Positions 19,072 through 28,852 are shown, counted from the stretch's first letter. The stretch: 64,000 bases of DNA from an uncultured candidate division Zixibacteria bacterium (GCA_963664195.1 OY760907.1:384001-448000), one strand, 5' to 3'. The notes: a model not told the origin generated them from the sequence alone. Translations and numbers: made by a program.

Positions 19072-21315
19072 TCAGGCCGTTCTGCCGGACGCGGCTACCG
19101 TTCTCTCTTCGGCCTGCCGCGTGTGAGCGATCTCACCGGGGCCTTTCCGGCGTCTAAAAACGATAATCAGCCCGCTGACAAACACAAGAATCGTCCCGAG
19201 CCAAAACAACTGTATGAGCGGTTTCTGAGATATCTCAACGACCAGTGTCGATGCCACTGAATGACCTTCGGGGACAAAATCACCCGAGAACTTCAGCACA
19301 ACACCACCCTCTTCAGGTCGAACACCAACAATCTGCACGCTTCCCCTATTTGAGTCGAACGAAGCCTGCTGCGGCTCGATCCCCTCCCCCACGACTCTCA
19401 ATTGCGGGCGCGCGCTTTCGACTTGACCGTCGTAGGCTATCTCCAGAAGGGCTGCGGCTGACATGGCGGAACCGCCCTCACCGTGGCCGCCACCGGTCTC
19501 GAAATCAATGAATGTGATGTCGTACTTGTCAAGCGTGGCTGTTGTACCTTTAGTGAGGTATAGCTCCCCTGGGTCGGTCGCCCGGGGCTGTTCCAGCGCT
19601 ATCGGCGACAGGTACAAGTCGTCAAGCAGATAACTCTTCACGTGCGGTTTGCGCATAACGCCCTCGGAGTTTTTCGGGAACTCATGCGGCAACACCGCGA
19701 TAAAGTGAGTTCCACCTCGCTCGACATCAACGTGACAGTCGAAGCCCGCTTGGGTTTCAACCATTCCCGTAAACGTCAGGTCATATCCTTGAGCTTGGAC
19801 AGTATCAGTCATCGGCAGAGAGACGGTCTCTTTGGTCTCAAAACCACTGGAACCGCCGGCTCCGATGAAACCGATAATCAGCCCAATGTGCGCCAGGTAT
19901 GCCGGGTGCAGGCGGCCGGCAAACAGCTTCTTCAACAGCACATAGCCGTTACTGACCAGCGCCGCGACAGCACAGCCGAAAAAGGCCAAATAGATGATTT
20001 GCGATGTGATTCCAGCTACCAGCAGTATCAGGACGGTAACCGTGAAAACCGCCGCGGTGACGATGCCCAGCCTCGGACTCTGCACGCCCTGCCCCCACTT
20101 GAATATGGGCATGATTGCCATCAGCAGAAGCGTGAGAACCGCAATGGGAACCATCGTCGTAAAATAGTATGAGAGATCAACCGCCGATGGGTTCTCCATC
20201 ACACGGGTCAGGAGCGGCGCCGAAGTGCCCAGCAGCACCAGCCACGCGCCAATGAACAAGATCACGATACCAAGGGCGGTCAAATACGTGCGAGAGTTAA
20301 CAGCCGAAAACGAGGGTTCCGGTTTGATATCTCTCCATCGGAATATCATCAGAAAAGCGCCACCTACAAAGAATACCGTCAGCCCGGCGACAAGATACAT
20401 ATTCAGACCGAGATCAACAAAGGAGTGGACCGAGAAATCGGCCAACACACCCGAGCGCGTCAAAAACGTACCGTATAGAACTGACCAGAACGACAGCAGT
20501 ACGATTGCGAGCGAAAACCGCATCAAACCCCGTCGCTGTCTCTTCACGTACAGCGTGTGAATCTGCGCAGTAAGAAATATCCACGGGATCAGCGAGGCGT
20601 TTTCGACCGGGTCCCAGGCCCAGTAACCTCCCCACCCAAGGGTCTCGTACGCCCAGTAGCCACCCATCACGAGGGCAAGTCCCAGTACGGCCCAGGCGAA
20701 CACAGTCCAGCGCCGTGCCGCTTCGGCCCAATCATTGTATTTGCGCTCAACCAGAGCCGTCATGGCGAAACAGAACGGCATAGCGGCAGCCGCAAACCCC
20801 ACAAACATCAACGGCGGGTGAATCGTCATCCAGAAATTCACCAACAACGGGTTCAATCCCGATCCCTCGGTACGGAAAACCGGCATCAACTCAAACGGTG
20901 ATTTCTTGATGAGAATGATCAGAATCGACAGGAGAAACAGGTTCAGCCAGAACATGTTCCCTTTTTCAAACTGACGGGCGGTGCGCATCATCACCAGCCC
21001 CATGACCCCAGCCAGTGAGAGCCAGAGAAGGAAAGTCCCCTCCTGGCCACCCCACAGCGTAGAAATCAGATAGTACAGGGGCAGGTCACTCGACGAATAC
21101 TGGAAAACATAGATCACCGAGAAATCATGAGTGAGAATCATGTACAGCAGCAAAGCGGTTGCGGCCACGACAAACGCCGTCGCGAACCGAAAGAAATGCC
21201 GTGCTTTGTCGAGTACACCCTCTCGCCCCCGCCAGGCCATCAGGTACAGGATCGCCGAAAACAGCGCACAGGCTGTCGCGGTATAAATGAAATAGTCACC
21301 CAGGTGTGCCAGCAT
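19072..21315 (-). CDS. ccmF: Cytochrome c heme lyase CcmF
   Basis: WGGQEG, GLNPLL, IHPP, WGGYWAWDPVEN (WWD domain), LTRSG..SVHSF; start set at MLAHLG. Confidence 0.9.
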   Translation of the reverse strand: MLAHLGDYFIYTATACALFSAILYLMAWRGREGVLDKARHFFRFATAFVVAATALLLYMILTHDFSVIYVFQYSSSDLPLYYLISTLWGGQEGTFLLWLSLAGVMGLVMMRTARQFEKGNMFWLNLFLLSILIILIKKSPFELMPVFRTEGSGLNPLLVNFWMTIHPPLMFVGFAAAAMPFCFAMTALVERKYNDWAEAARRWTVFAWAVLGLALVMGGYWAYETLGWGGYWAWDPVENASLIPWIFLTAQIHTLYVKRQRRGLMRFSLAIVLLSFWSVLYGTFLTRSGVLADFSVHSFVDLGLNMYLVAGLTVFFVGGAFLMIFRWRDIKPEPSFSAVNSRTYLTALGIVILFIGAWLVLLGTSAPLLTRVMENPSAVDLSYYFTTMVPIAVLTLLLMAIMPIFKWGQGVQSPRLGIVTAAVFTVTVLILLVAGITSQIIYLAFFGCAVAALVSNGYVLLKKLFAGRLHPAYLAHIGLIIGFIGAGGSSGFETKETVSLPMTDTVQAQGYDLTFTGMVETQAGFDCHVDVERGGTHFIAVLPHEFPKNSEGVMRKPHVKSYLLDDLYLSPIALEQPRATDPGELYLTKGTTATLDKYDITFIDFETGGGHGEGGSAMSAAALLEIAYDGQVESARPQLRVVGEGIEPQQASFDSNRGSVQIVGVRPEEGGVVLKFSGDFVPEGHSVASTLVVEISQKPLIQLFWLGTILVFVSGLIIVFRRRKGPGEIAHTRQAEERTVAASGRTA

Positions 21316-21352
21316 CTGTCCCTCTCTGCTCCGGTCTGTTCTTGTACGACTA

Positions 21353-22282
21353 TCAGCCGGTCTGTTTGGCTGTTTTTGAACGACGGCGACGCTTCTCCTG
21401 GTCCACAACCTGGGCGGCATCGCCCGAGAGCGCCACAAGTTTCTTGATGACGGCATCGACAAGGAAATCGGGAGTCGAGGCCCCCGCGGAAATGCCGATG
21501 GTTTCGACTGAATCATTTTCACCGGCAAACCAGGCTTCATCAATGTCCGCGTCGGAACCGATCAATTTGCCTCTGCCGCACAGAAGCTGCGATATGTCCG
21601 CCAGTCGATTGGAGTTGGCCGAGGTTTTCGATCCCACGACCAGGATCATATCGACATCGTCCGCCATATCGGTGATAGCACGCTGACGTTTGTGCGTCGC
21701 ATTGCAGATGGTGTCGAAAGTCTCGATATGCGGCCATTTCTCCTGCGCCGCTTTCTGAAACTCAACAAAATCATCAAGCCCCATTGTAGTCTGCACGGTC
21801 AACCCCAGCTTGCGGTCTTTCCAATCGGGGTACTTGCTAAGGTCATCGTTGGCCGAAATAACTGTAATCCGATCAGGCGCGTGGCCAAGAACACCCTGGG
21901 TCTCGTCATGGTTGAGATCACCGAAATGAATGATGTAATAATCCTGCGGCACGGATTCTTCGATTTTGTCGTAAATCCGACGCACCAGCGGACAGGTAGC
22001 ATCAACAACTGTCAGTCCCTTGTCACGGGCCTCTTTCTTGACGTCCGGCGCCACTCCATGCGCGGAAATGATCAACGTGCCCTCGTCGACATCGGCAACC
22101 TTGAATTTCTGCCCGACACCCTTGGCACGGAAATCCTCGACGACCGCATCGTTGTGCACAATCTCATTGAGAATCGTCACCGGCCCACTGACCGTCTCGG
22201 CGGTTTCGCTGGCGATTTTGATTGCCCGCTTGACGCCCATACAGAAGCCGTAGCTCCGGGCGACAATGATCTTCTTGATCAT
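21353..22282 (-). CDS. ispH: 4-hydroxy-3-methylbut-2-enyl diphosphate reductase
   Basis: GFCMGVKRA, IVHN, SAHG, DATCP, QTT, TICNAT..RQ, GASTP. Confidence 0.95.
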   Translation of the reverse strand: MIKKIIVARSYGFCMGVKRAIKIASETAETVSGPVTILNEIVHNDAVVEDFRAKGVGQKFKVADVDEGTLIISAHGVAPDVKKEARDKGLTVVDATCPLVRRIYDKIEESVPQDYYIIHFGDLNHDETQGVLGHAPDRITVISANDDLSKYPDWKDRKLGLTVQTTMGLDDFVEFQKAAQEKWPHIETFDTICNATHKRQRAITDMADDVDMILVVGSKTSANSNRLADISQLLCGRGKLIGSDADIDEAWFAGENDSVETIGISAGASTPDFLVDAVIKKLVALSGDAAQVVDQEKRRRRSKTAKQTG

Positions 22283-23241
22283 CTATTCTCCAGCAGCTTC
22301 TTCGACTGATTGAACGCCTTATACGAACTCCGCACCAGCGGGCCGGCCTCAACATGGCCAAAACCGATCTCCTCCATGCCGATACGCGCCAATTCGACAA
22401 ACTCGTCCGGATGGTAGAATCGTTCCACCGGCAGGTGCGCCAACGACGGGCGCAGGTACTGACCAATCGTAATGATATCCACACCAACGTCGTGCGCCTG
22501 TTTCATCACCTCGATGATCTCCTCGGTCGTCTCGCCAAGTCCGACCATAATGCCGGTTTTTACGACAGGTCGCGGCGTGTAGTCTGACATGAATTTGAGG
22601 ACATTCAGGGAACGATCAAGCTTGGCCGCACCACGCACGCGTTTGTGCAGGCGGGCGACGGTTTCCAGATTGTGTCCGAGCACATCAACACCGGAATCAA
22701 TGATCGATGCCAGCGCTTCCATGTTGCCGGCAAGGTCCGAAATGAGGAATTCGACTTTGACCTCTTTGTCACGGGCGCGGAGTTGTTTCATCACGTCGAC
22801 AAAGATGCTCGCGCCTCCGTCGGGAAGGTCGTCTCGCGTCACTGCCGTAATCACAACTTGCTTCAGATGCAGCTTTGCGACCGTCTCGGCCAAACGACGA
22901 GGCTCGTCGGTATCAAGCGTCTCCGGTTTACCGTGGAGGACATCGCAGAAATTGCAGTTTCTCGTGCAGTGATCGCCGAGGATCATAAACGTGGCGGTGC
23001 CTTCTCCGTAGCACTCACGGATATTCGGGCAGGCCGCTTCCTGGCAGACAGAGTGCAGGCCATGCTCTTTGAGCGTGGAGCGGACGCGATTATAGCCCTC
23101 GCCGCATTTCGGGCGTATCTTTATCCATTCCGGCAGCCGGGTATGCGGGACCGCCATGCGCTCCTTCACTTTTGGCGCTTTGGGATTGTCGCTGTGCGCC
23201 GAATTGTCCCCGACTGACTGCGTGTAAATAATCTTATTCAT
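22279..23241 (-). CDS. lipA: Lipoyl synthase
   Basis: CQEAACPNIREC auxiliary cluster, CTRNCNFC radical SAM motif, GQYLRP, PLVRSSY. Confidence 0.95.
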   Translation of the reverse strand: MNKIIYTQSVGDNSAHSDNPKAPKVKERMAVPHTRLPEWIKIRPKCGEGYNRVRSTLKEHGLHSVCQEAACPNIRECYGEGTATFMILGDHCTRNCNFCDVLHGKPETLDTDEPRRLAETVAKLHLKQVVITAVTRDDLPDGGASIFVDVMKQLRARDKEVKVEFLISDLAGNMEALASIIDSGVDVLGHNLETVARLHKRVRGAAKLDRSLNVLKFMSDYTPRPVVKTGIMVGLGETTEEIIEVMKQAHDVGVDIITIGQYLRPSLAHLPVERFYHPDEFVELARIGMEEIGFGHVEAGPLVRSSYKAFNQSKKLLENR

Positions 23242-23261
23242 AGATTCATGTAATATACGTT

Positions 23262-23876
23262 TTAGTTGGTTGTTGTCACCCTAAAATCGTTCAGGAAATA
23301 CTCCAGAACGGTAGTGTCATCTTCAAGCTCGGTATGGAATGATCCCGCCAGCAGGTTCCCCTGCCTTACGAGCACGGGATGGTTGTCGTAGGTTGCCAGT
23401 ACCGTCACGCCGTCGCCTGCACGAGTAATGCGCGGCGCACGAATGAATGTCGCGGTCAGGCTGACCTCGCCTTTGTCGAGCGTGGCCTTGAGTCCGTTCT
23501 CAAACGAATGCACCTGGCGCCCGTATCCCATCCTGACAACATCGATATCCATAAGGCCCAGCGGTTTCACTCCGGAAATGTTATCTTCTATGTTCTTTGA
23601 CAGCATGATCATTCCGGCGCAGGTTCCGTAGACCGGATGCGTCCGGCCAAACGCTTCGAGCGGCGTACGCATGTCGAACCGATCCAGCAATATGCTCATC
23701 GTGGTAGTTTCACCGCCGGGAATGATGAGACTGTCAATACTTTGCATATCAACAGGCTGACGTACCAGAACGTTCCGCACATTCAGCCGATTTAGCTGTG
23801 CCTGATGGGCCTCGTAATCGCCCTGGAGCGCCAGCACTCCCACAAATCTGTCAGTATAATCCGTCACAGTTGTCAT
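23262..23876 (-). CDS. pdxT: Pyridoxal 5'-phosphate synthase glutaminase subunit
   Basis: GVLALQGD, IPGGETT, GTCAG, FIRAP, FHTEL; start trimmed to MTTVTD. Confidence 0.93.
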   Translation of the reverse strand: MTTVTDYTDRFVGVLALQGDYEAHQAQLNRLNVRNVLVRQPVDMQSIDSLIIPGGETTTMSILLDRFDMRTPLEAFGRTHPVYGTCAGMIMLSKNIEDNISGVKPLGLMDIDVVRMGYGRQVHSFENGLKATLDKGEVSLTATFIRAPRITRAGDGVTVLATYDNHPVLVRQGNLLAGSFHTELEDDTTVLEYFLNDFRVTTTN

Positions 23877-23915
23877 CTGCCTCAATCTCGCCAGTTTCTG
23901 TGGGCGGCAGCAGGA

Positions 23916-23959
23916 GGAGGTCGAAACCAACGAAATGGTGTTGCCCTGTGGTTTCGACA
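23916..23959 (+). repeat. REP type B (GGAG variant)
   Basis: GGAG-GTCGAAACC...GTTGCCCTGTGGTTTCGACA, homologous to the reverse complement of 6909-6954. Confidence 0.75.
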
Positions 23960-24010
23960 CCTGCCCCAGCCTCACCTATTCAAGTTGTGCCGGAATATAC
24001 GGAATTAGGC

Positions 24011-24766
24011 TCAGAGGCCAATGGAAAACTGTGGGGAGTCGTCTTTGGGACCTTCGGCAAGAATCGACGGGACTTCCTCGTATTTGCGCCCTAGCAAGAG
24101 GCGACCCGTCTTCTTTTTGTTCACTCCACCCCACTGCTTGAAGAAAAACGCCGCGCCCTGTTCCGCACATTGCTTCTTGATGTCCAACACCCATTCTTCT
24201 TTGATGGGACGCGCCCCCGGGCCGGACTCACCGCCGACTATCACCCAATCGATGCCGTCGAGATTGAGGTCGGGAAGCGGTCCCAGCAACGGTTCGAGCG
24301 AAAGGAACTTGAGCGCGGCGTCGGTCTGACGAAGATCATCGATTCGGTAGTAATAGTGCTCGTTTTCGCAGGTGACACCCATCCAGATGTTCGGTGCCCA
24401 GGCGAGTTTGGGAGCCTTGCGGAGGAGTTGTTTGGAGCGCTTGGTGAGAATTTGGAAAATATGACGGTCGGCACGCGCCATAACGTCGAATATCTGTTTG
24501 ACGTAGTTAAACGGAACGTCTTTGTGGAACATGTCCGACATGGAATTTACGAATACGATTTGTGGTTTTTTCCATGAGAGTGGCGCTTCGAGGACGTCGG
24601 GATGAATCGTGAGGTCGAACCCGTTTTTGTATTTGGGGACACCCATAGCTTTGAGGCGACGAGCCATCCGTTCGGCATAGCAATGGTCGCACCCGGCCGA
24701 TATTTTGGTACACCCGGTGATAGGATTCCAGGTACAGCGCGTCCATTGGATTTGGGTGGTTGACAT
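24011..24766 (-). CDS. DUF5131 / phage Gp37-Gp68 family protein (three-Cys, radical-SAM-like)
   Basis: IQWT..TWNPITGCTKISAGCDHCYAE, FVNSMSD, FQILTKR, SLEPLLG, WVIVGGESG, FFFKQWGG. Confidence 0.92.
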   Translation of the reverse strand: MSTTQIQWTRCTWNPITGCTKISAGCDHCYAERMARRLKAMGVPKYKNGFDLTIHPDVLEAPLSWKKPQIVFVNSMSDMFHKDVPFNYVKQIFDVMARADRHIFQILTKRSKQLLRKAPKLAWAPNIWMGVTCENEHYYYRIDDLRQTDAALKFLSLEPLLGPLPDLNLDGIDWVIVGGESGPGARPIKEEWVLDIKKQCAEQGAAFFFKQWGGVNKKKTGRLLLGRKYEEVPSILAEGPKDDSPQFSIGL

Positions 24767-24829
24767 GATGCGTTTACGATAGGCAAGGCCACAATGCCGG
24801 ACAATCACATTCGCCAGATCGCGACCACT

Positions 24830-25690
24830 CTCTTCGTAGGGAAGGTTTGTCTTCAAACCTGCCATCGACATCACTTTCGGCCTCAGAAATCCTCTTTCTT
24901 CTTGGCCTTATCACAACGACAACGGTTACTCCCCACAGCCGTAGGTCGGGTTTCGAACCAACCTCTTTGTAGGGAAGGTTTGTCTTCAAACCTGCCATCT
25001 GTCTCACTTTCGGCTACAAGGGCTTCTTTTCTTCTTGCTCTTCTGACCGTCTAAACGGTTATTGCGGTGCGGGAGGAGCCTATGTCCCGTTTGATCCGTC
25101 ATTACTCAAAAGGCAACCTTTACTTCCTGACAGCGGTCACAGCAAAACGCCGGCCTATCCTCATCCGATACCGTGAACATCTTGAGGAAGCGATCCGGAA
25201 GTACCGGCGAAACATCGGGTTCGACTTGATCGCTCATGTCGTGCTGCCAGACCATATGCACATGCTCCTGGACCCGGGTGAATCCACCCCATCGAAGATC
25301 ATGCAGCGAATCAAGCTGTCGTTTTCAAAGAGGGCGCACAACGCAGGTTTCAGGAGGGAGCCGGTCTGGCAACGTCGGTTCTGGGACCACGTCATCAGGG
25401 ATCAGGAAGACATGAATCGGCATATCGATTACATCCATTACAATCCGGTGAAACACGGATTGGTTAAGAGACCGGGTGATTGGAGGGATTCGTCGTTTCG
25501 CGAGTTCAGAGGTCAGGGTTATTGTCAAGCGGATTGGGGGTGCAAGGAACCGTTCGATTTGGACGGTGAGTACGGCGAGTAGGTAAGAATCGGTCGATGA
25601 CAGGTTTGCGGACAGCCACTCGTGGCGCCAACCTTCCCAATGGAAGATCACATAATGGCAGGTTTGAAGACAAACCTTCCCTACGAAGAG
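24830..25690. mobile_element. REPtron: RAYT gene flanked by GTAG-REPs
   Basis: GTAGGGAAGGTTTGTCTTCAAACCTGCCAT at 24836 and 24969 (+) and 25655-25684 (-); 24830-24865 and 25655-25690 form a perfect 36-bp inverted repeat; extra degenerate REPs at 24941 and 25597. Confidence 0.88.
25082..25582 (+). CDS. rayT: REP-associated tyrosine transposase (TnpA-REP, HUH/Y1)
   Basis: YFLT, VVLPDHMH (HUH), WQRRFWDHVIRD, YIHYNPVKHG (catalytic Tyr), W..SS; resembles E. coli YafM/RayT; GGAGG before ATG 25082. Confidence 0.92.
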   Translation: MSRLIRHYSKGNLYFLTAVTAKRRPILIRYREHLEEAIRKYRRNIGFDLIAHVVLPDHMHMLLDPGESTPSKIMQRIKLSFSKRAHNAGFRREPVWQRRFWDHVIRDQEDMNRHIDYIHYNPVKHGLVKRPGDWRDSSFREFRGQGYCQADWGCKEPFDLDGEYGE

Positions 25691-25702
25691 GCTCGGCACA
25701 CA

Positions 25703-25737
25703 CAAAAAAAGACAGACCCTTTCGGGCCCGCCTTTGT
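25703..25737 (-). terminator. Probable intrinsic terminator downstream of pdxS
   Basis: Minus strand AAGGCGGGCCC-GAAA-GGGTCTGTCTT plus T-tract. Confidence 0.6.
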
Positions 25738-25761
25738 CACATCTAATCTGTATCCCGCCCT

Positions 25762-26649
25762 CTACCGCGTCTGTAATTGCTGCTCCTCCGGGATCGTGTC
25801 GACCGCGATTCCCTTCATCGCCTGCCCCAAACCGTGGGATTCCTTCGCGATGATTGCGTAATCCTGCCAGTTGGTCGTCGCGGTTACAATCGCCTTCGCG
25901 CGGGCTTCCGGATTGTCTGATTTGAAAATGCCCGACCCCACAAACACCGCCTCAGCACCGAGGTGCATACACAAAGCAGCGTCAGCCGGAGTCGCGATTC
26001 CACCCGCGGCGAAATTCGGCACCGGGAGTTTGCCGGTCTTCGCTACCATTCTCACCAGATCAATCGGCACCCGGTGTTCTTTGGCAATACCGTAAAGCTC
26101 GTCGGAAGTCATCACCGTAAGAGACTTCATCACCGAGTAGATCTCGCGGAGGTGCTTCACTGCCTGGGAGACGTCGCCGGTGCCCGCCTCGCCCTTGGTG
26201 CGAATCATCGCGGCTCCTTCGGAGATGCGACGGAGCGCCTCGCCAAGATTGCGGCAACCGCATACGAACGGTACTTTGAAGCCCCATTTGTCGACATGGT
26301 ACTTCTCATCGGCGGGGGTCAGGACTTCAGACTCGTCGATGAAATCAACCTCGATAGCTTCGAGCGCCCGCGCCTCGATGAAATGCCCAATACGGCATTT
26401 GGCCATAACCGGGATCGTCACGACTTCCTTGATCTTCTGGACAACGTCCAGATCGGCCATACGGGCCACGCCGCCGTCCTTGCGGATGTCCGACGGCACC
26501 CGTTCGAGTGCCATAACGGCAGCCGCGCCTGAATCCTCGGCGATCTTCGCCTGCTCCGCATTGGTGACGTCCATAATGACGCCGCCCTTGAGCATTTCTG
26601 CGAGGCCGACTTTGACTTTGTGGTCTTTATCTTCGAACTGCTGCATCAC
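25762..26649 (-). CDS. pdxS: Pyridoxal 5'-phosphate synthase lyase subunit
   Basis: [49 protein letters not shown]. Confidence 0.96.
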   Translation of the reverse strand: MMQQFEDKDHKVKVGLAEMLKGGVIMDVTNAEQAKIAEDSGAAAVMALERVPSDIRKDGGVARMADLDVVQKIKEVVTIPVMAKCRIGHFIEARALEAIEVDFIDESEVLTPADEKYHVDKWGFKVPFVCGCRNLGEALRRISEGAAMIRTKGEAGTGDVSQAVKHLREIYSVMKSLTVMTSDELYGIAKEHRVPIDLVRMVAKTGKLPVPNFAAGGIATPADAALCMHLGAEAVFVGSGIFKSDNPEARAKAIVTATTNWQDYAIIAKESHGLGQAMKGIAVDTIPEEQQLQTR

Positions 26650-26878
26650 AATCGCTCCTTATTTTTGTGGTCGCGTCCGCATATCCTCAGATAAACGGAG
26701 ACGACATCGGCATCAGCCGTAAGACTAAGCGCCTCGACGGCTGCAATATTGTCCGCTGCCGGCCGGACAACACCTGTCCAAATCGGGCAACCAACAGAGC
26801 CGAATATAATACGTCACAGGGGAGGCACACAACCCTGAAATCCCGGCGACGGGGGCCTGATGCAGTCTTGTTCTCGAC

Positions 26879-26915
26879 AAAAAAAGGTGGCCAAACAGTT
26901 TCCCATTCGGCCACC
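26879..26915 (-). terminator. Probable terminator of the Rrf2 gene
   Basis: GGTGGCC...GGCCACC stem with adjacent A-run (T-tract on minus strand). Confidence 0.6.
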
Positions 26916-26944
26916 CGGATTTTTGCACTAGTTTTCGACGACTG

Positions 26945-27364
26945 TTACTTGGCAGCAGTACGACGATAGCGGGCAAAATTGTGCTTGGCGAGGTTCTTCT
27001 TGAACGTCTTCTCCTGAGTCATCCAGAAATTGTGCATGCCGCAATTGGCAACCTGGTCACAAGAGCAGCTTTTTCCTTCACCCTCGGTGCACAGATTAAT
27101 GTGAACCGGACCCTCGATAGCCTCGATAACGTCGAGGAACGAAATGTCTTTGGGGTTCCGTGAGAGCTTGTAACCGCCGGTTACGCCCTGGAATGACTGA
27201 AGCAGCCCGGAACGGGTCAAGTCCTTCAGAATTTTCGCGAGAAACTCGCGAGGTACGGCCTCACTGGCAGCGATCGCGTTTATCGATCCCAGTTTTCCTT
27301 TGGGTTGACATGACAAGAAACGGATAGCCCGCAGCGCATAGTCAGCTTTGCGTGAGAGTTGCAT
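26945..27364 (-). CDS. Rrf2 family (IscR-like) transcriptional regulator
   Basis: DYALRA, FLAKIL..L, G..GGY.L, VIEAIEG; Cys cluster C...CSC...C. Confidence 0.9.
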   Translation of the reverse strand: MQLSRKADYALRAIRFLSCQPKGKLGSINAIAASEAVPREFLAKILKDLTRSGLLQSFQGVTGGYKLSRNPKDISFLDVIEAIEGPVHINLCTEGEGKSCSCDQVANCGMHNFWMTQEKTFKKNLAKHNFARYRRTAAK

Positions 27365-27713
27365 ATTATACTCCTCTATTCCCTTTTGTAGCAATTTCGC
27401 GTTGCTGTTGTCGCTTTCTCATAGTTAAACACCGCAAAATTGCTCCTTTGTTCCATATTTTGGATTACCAGTATAAAAAAAAAGATGCCCTAAGTCCACA
27501 ACAAATGCGAAAAAGGTGTCCTCTTTTCCGCTTTTTTTTCAATTTTTGAACACCTGAGTGCTCACACCGTTCCAAAAACAACGCCGATTCTGCGTCTAAT
27601 CTTCCACAAAAAAAGTCTGAACCGGGTGTGATAAGCGGTGTTACACAGGGGTGAACAGGCCACAACCGATTGTGGACCCACTTTTGACCAGACTATTCGA
27701 GGAGTATACTGTT

Positions 27714-28076
27714 ATGTCACAAGAGACTCGGCCGATACAGAACGGATCTACCGTCACTATCACACCGTCCGCTCTCACTGAGATAAAAAGACTTATAGCG
27801 GAGGAAAAGGACCCTAAAAACCTATTTCTTCGCCTTGGCGTGGCGGCCGGGGGCTGTTCCGGGATGTCCTACGCCATGTCATTCGATGATCAGACGTCGC
27901 AGAATGACAGCGAGTTCGATTTCGAGGGTGTCAGGGTAATCATCGAAGAAAAATCGCTGGCATACCTTCAAGAATGTACGTTGGACTACAAGACCGGGAT
28001 GCTCAGCGGTGGTTTCCAGTTCAGTAACCCCAATGCCCGCCGCTCCTGCGGCTGCGGGTCTTCATTCTCGTGCTAA
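27714..28076 (+). CDS. iscA: A-type Fe-S carrier (IscA/HesB family)
   Basis: GGCSGMSY and NPNA..SCGCGSSF; GAGGAG before ATG 27714. Confidence 0.93.
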   Translation: MSQETRPIQNGSTVTITPSALTEIKRLIAEEKDPKNLFLRLGVAAGGCSGMSYAMSFDDQTSQNDSEFDFEGVRVIIEEKSLAYLQECTLDYKTGMLSGGFQFSNPNARRSCGCGSSFSC

Positions 28077-28115
28077 GTTGTTGCCTGACAATAACGAGAG
28101 CATAAGGAAACCAGA

Positions 28116-28379
28116 GTGAACTACACTATCGTAGACCCGACTTCATTCGTCACCGGAAAATTCTTCCGGGAGGAAGATTTCCTTGCCAACACCGGCACCG
28201 CCGATTGGGAGCGGTATCGCGATCGGCCGGTTCTGGTGAGAGGCTGCGGAACGACGATTGTACCGCCCTGGGCGTATATGCTCATAGCGGCCCGGTTGAG
28301 CGGCGTGGCAAAGTCCATCCGATATGGCAACGAACATGACAATATCGTCGTGCATCGCGATTCAACGCAAAAACAGTAG
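28116..28379 (+). CDS. DUF2480-like small protein
   Basis: REEDF...DW..Y...V...C...IVP.WAYML pattern. Confidence 0.7.
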   Translation: MNYTIVDPTSFVTGKFFREEDFLANTGTADWERYRDRPVLVRGCGTTIVPPWAYMLIAARLSGVAKSIRYGNEHDNIVVHRDSTQKQ

Positions 28380-28410
28380 ACAGAAATTACTCGAGAGGAT
28401 TACATTGGAT

Positions 28411-28788
28411 ATGAGTCAGGAAGTTTTAGCAACTACCGCATCATCGCCGATTGCGGCTGATAACGAGACTATGCCGAAAGTTCGCATTTACCCCGAGGAC
28501 GTGGAAATCACTGTCGAGCCGGGAAAAACACTGCTCGACGCCGCGTTGGACAACAATATCAAGATCGATCATAACTGTGGCGGCAACTGCGCCTGCTCCA
28601 CTTGTCATGTCATAATCGACGAGGGGTTTGACACCCTGAACGAGATATCCGAAGACGAAGAGGACATGCTGGATGAGGCTGAAGGTCTGGAAGACAACTC
28701 CCGTCTGGCCTGTCAGTGTAAGGTGACCGGTGATCTGGTAGTCAGGATTCCTCCGAAGACCGATCCGCTCGACGACGACACGTTCTAG
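28411..28788 (+). CDS. fdx: [2Fe-2S] ferredoxin, adrenodoxin/ISC type
   Basis: CGGNCACSTCHV...EEDMLD...SRLACQ; start 28411 or 28471. Confidence 0.92.
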   Translation: MSQEVLATTASSPIAADNETMPKVRIYPEDVEITVEPGKTLLDAALDNNIKIDHNCGGNCACSTCHVIIDEGFDTLNEISEDEEDMLDEAEGLEDNSRLACQCKVTGDLVVRIPPKTDPLDDDTF

Positions 28789-28815
28789 GGCGCCCGTACC
28801 CCGCTTCAGAGATTC

Positions 28816-28852
28816 AAGCCCGTTCGGTATCACGTTACCGAACGGGTTTTTT
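28816..28852 (+). terminator. Intrinsic terminator
   Basis: CCCGTTCGGTA-loop-TACCGAACGGG plus T6. Confidence 0.88.

Noticed and set aside
24011..24766. Prophage, based on the Gp37/Gp68 family name
   Set aside because: No integrase, structural or replication phage genes nearby
25082..25582. IS200/IS605 TnpA insertion sequence
   Set aside because: WQRRFWDH and YIHYNPVKHG motifs plus GTAG-REP flanks fit the RAYT subfamily; no tnpB
24830..25690. CRISPR array suggested by three identical 30-bp palindromic repeats
   Set aside because: Spacing is irregular, one copy is inverted, the copies flank a RAYT, and no cas genes are present; they are REPs
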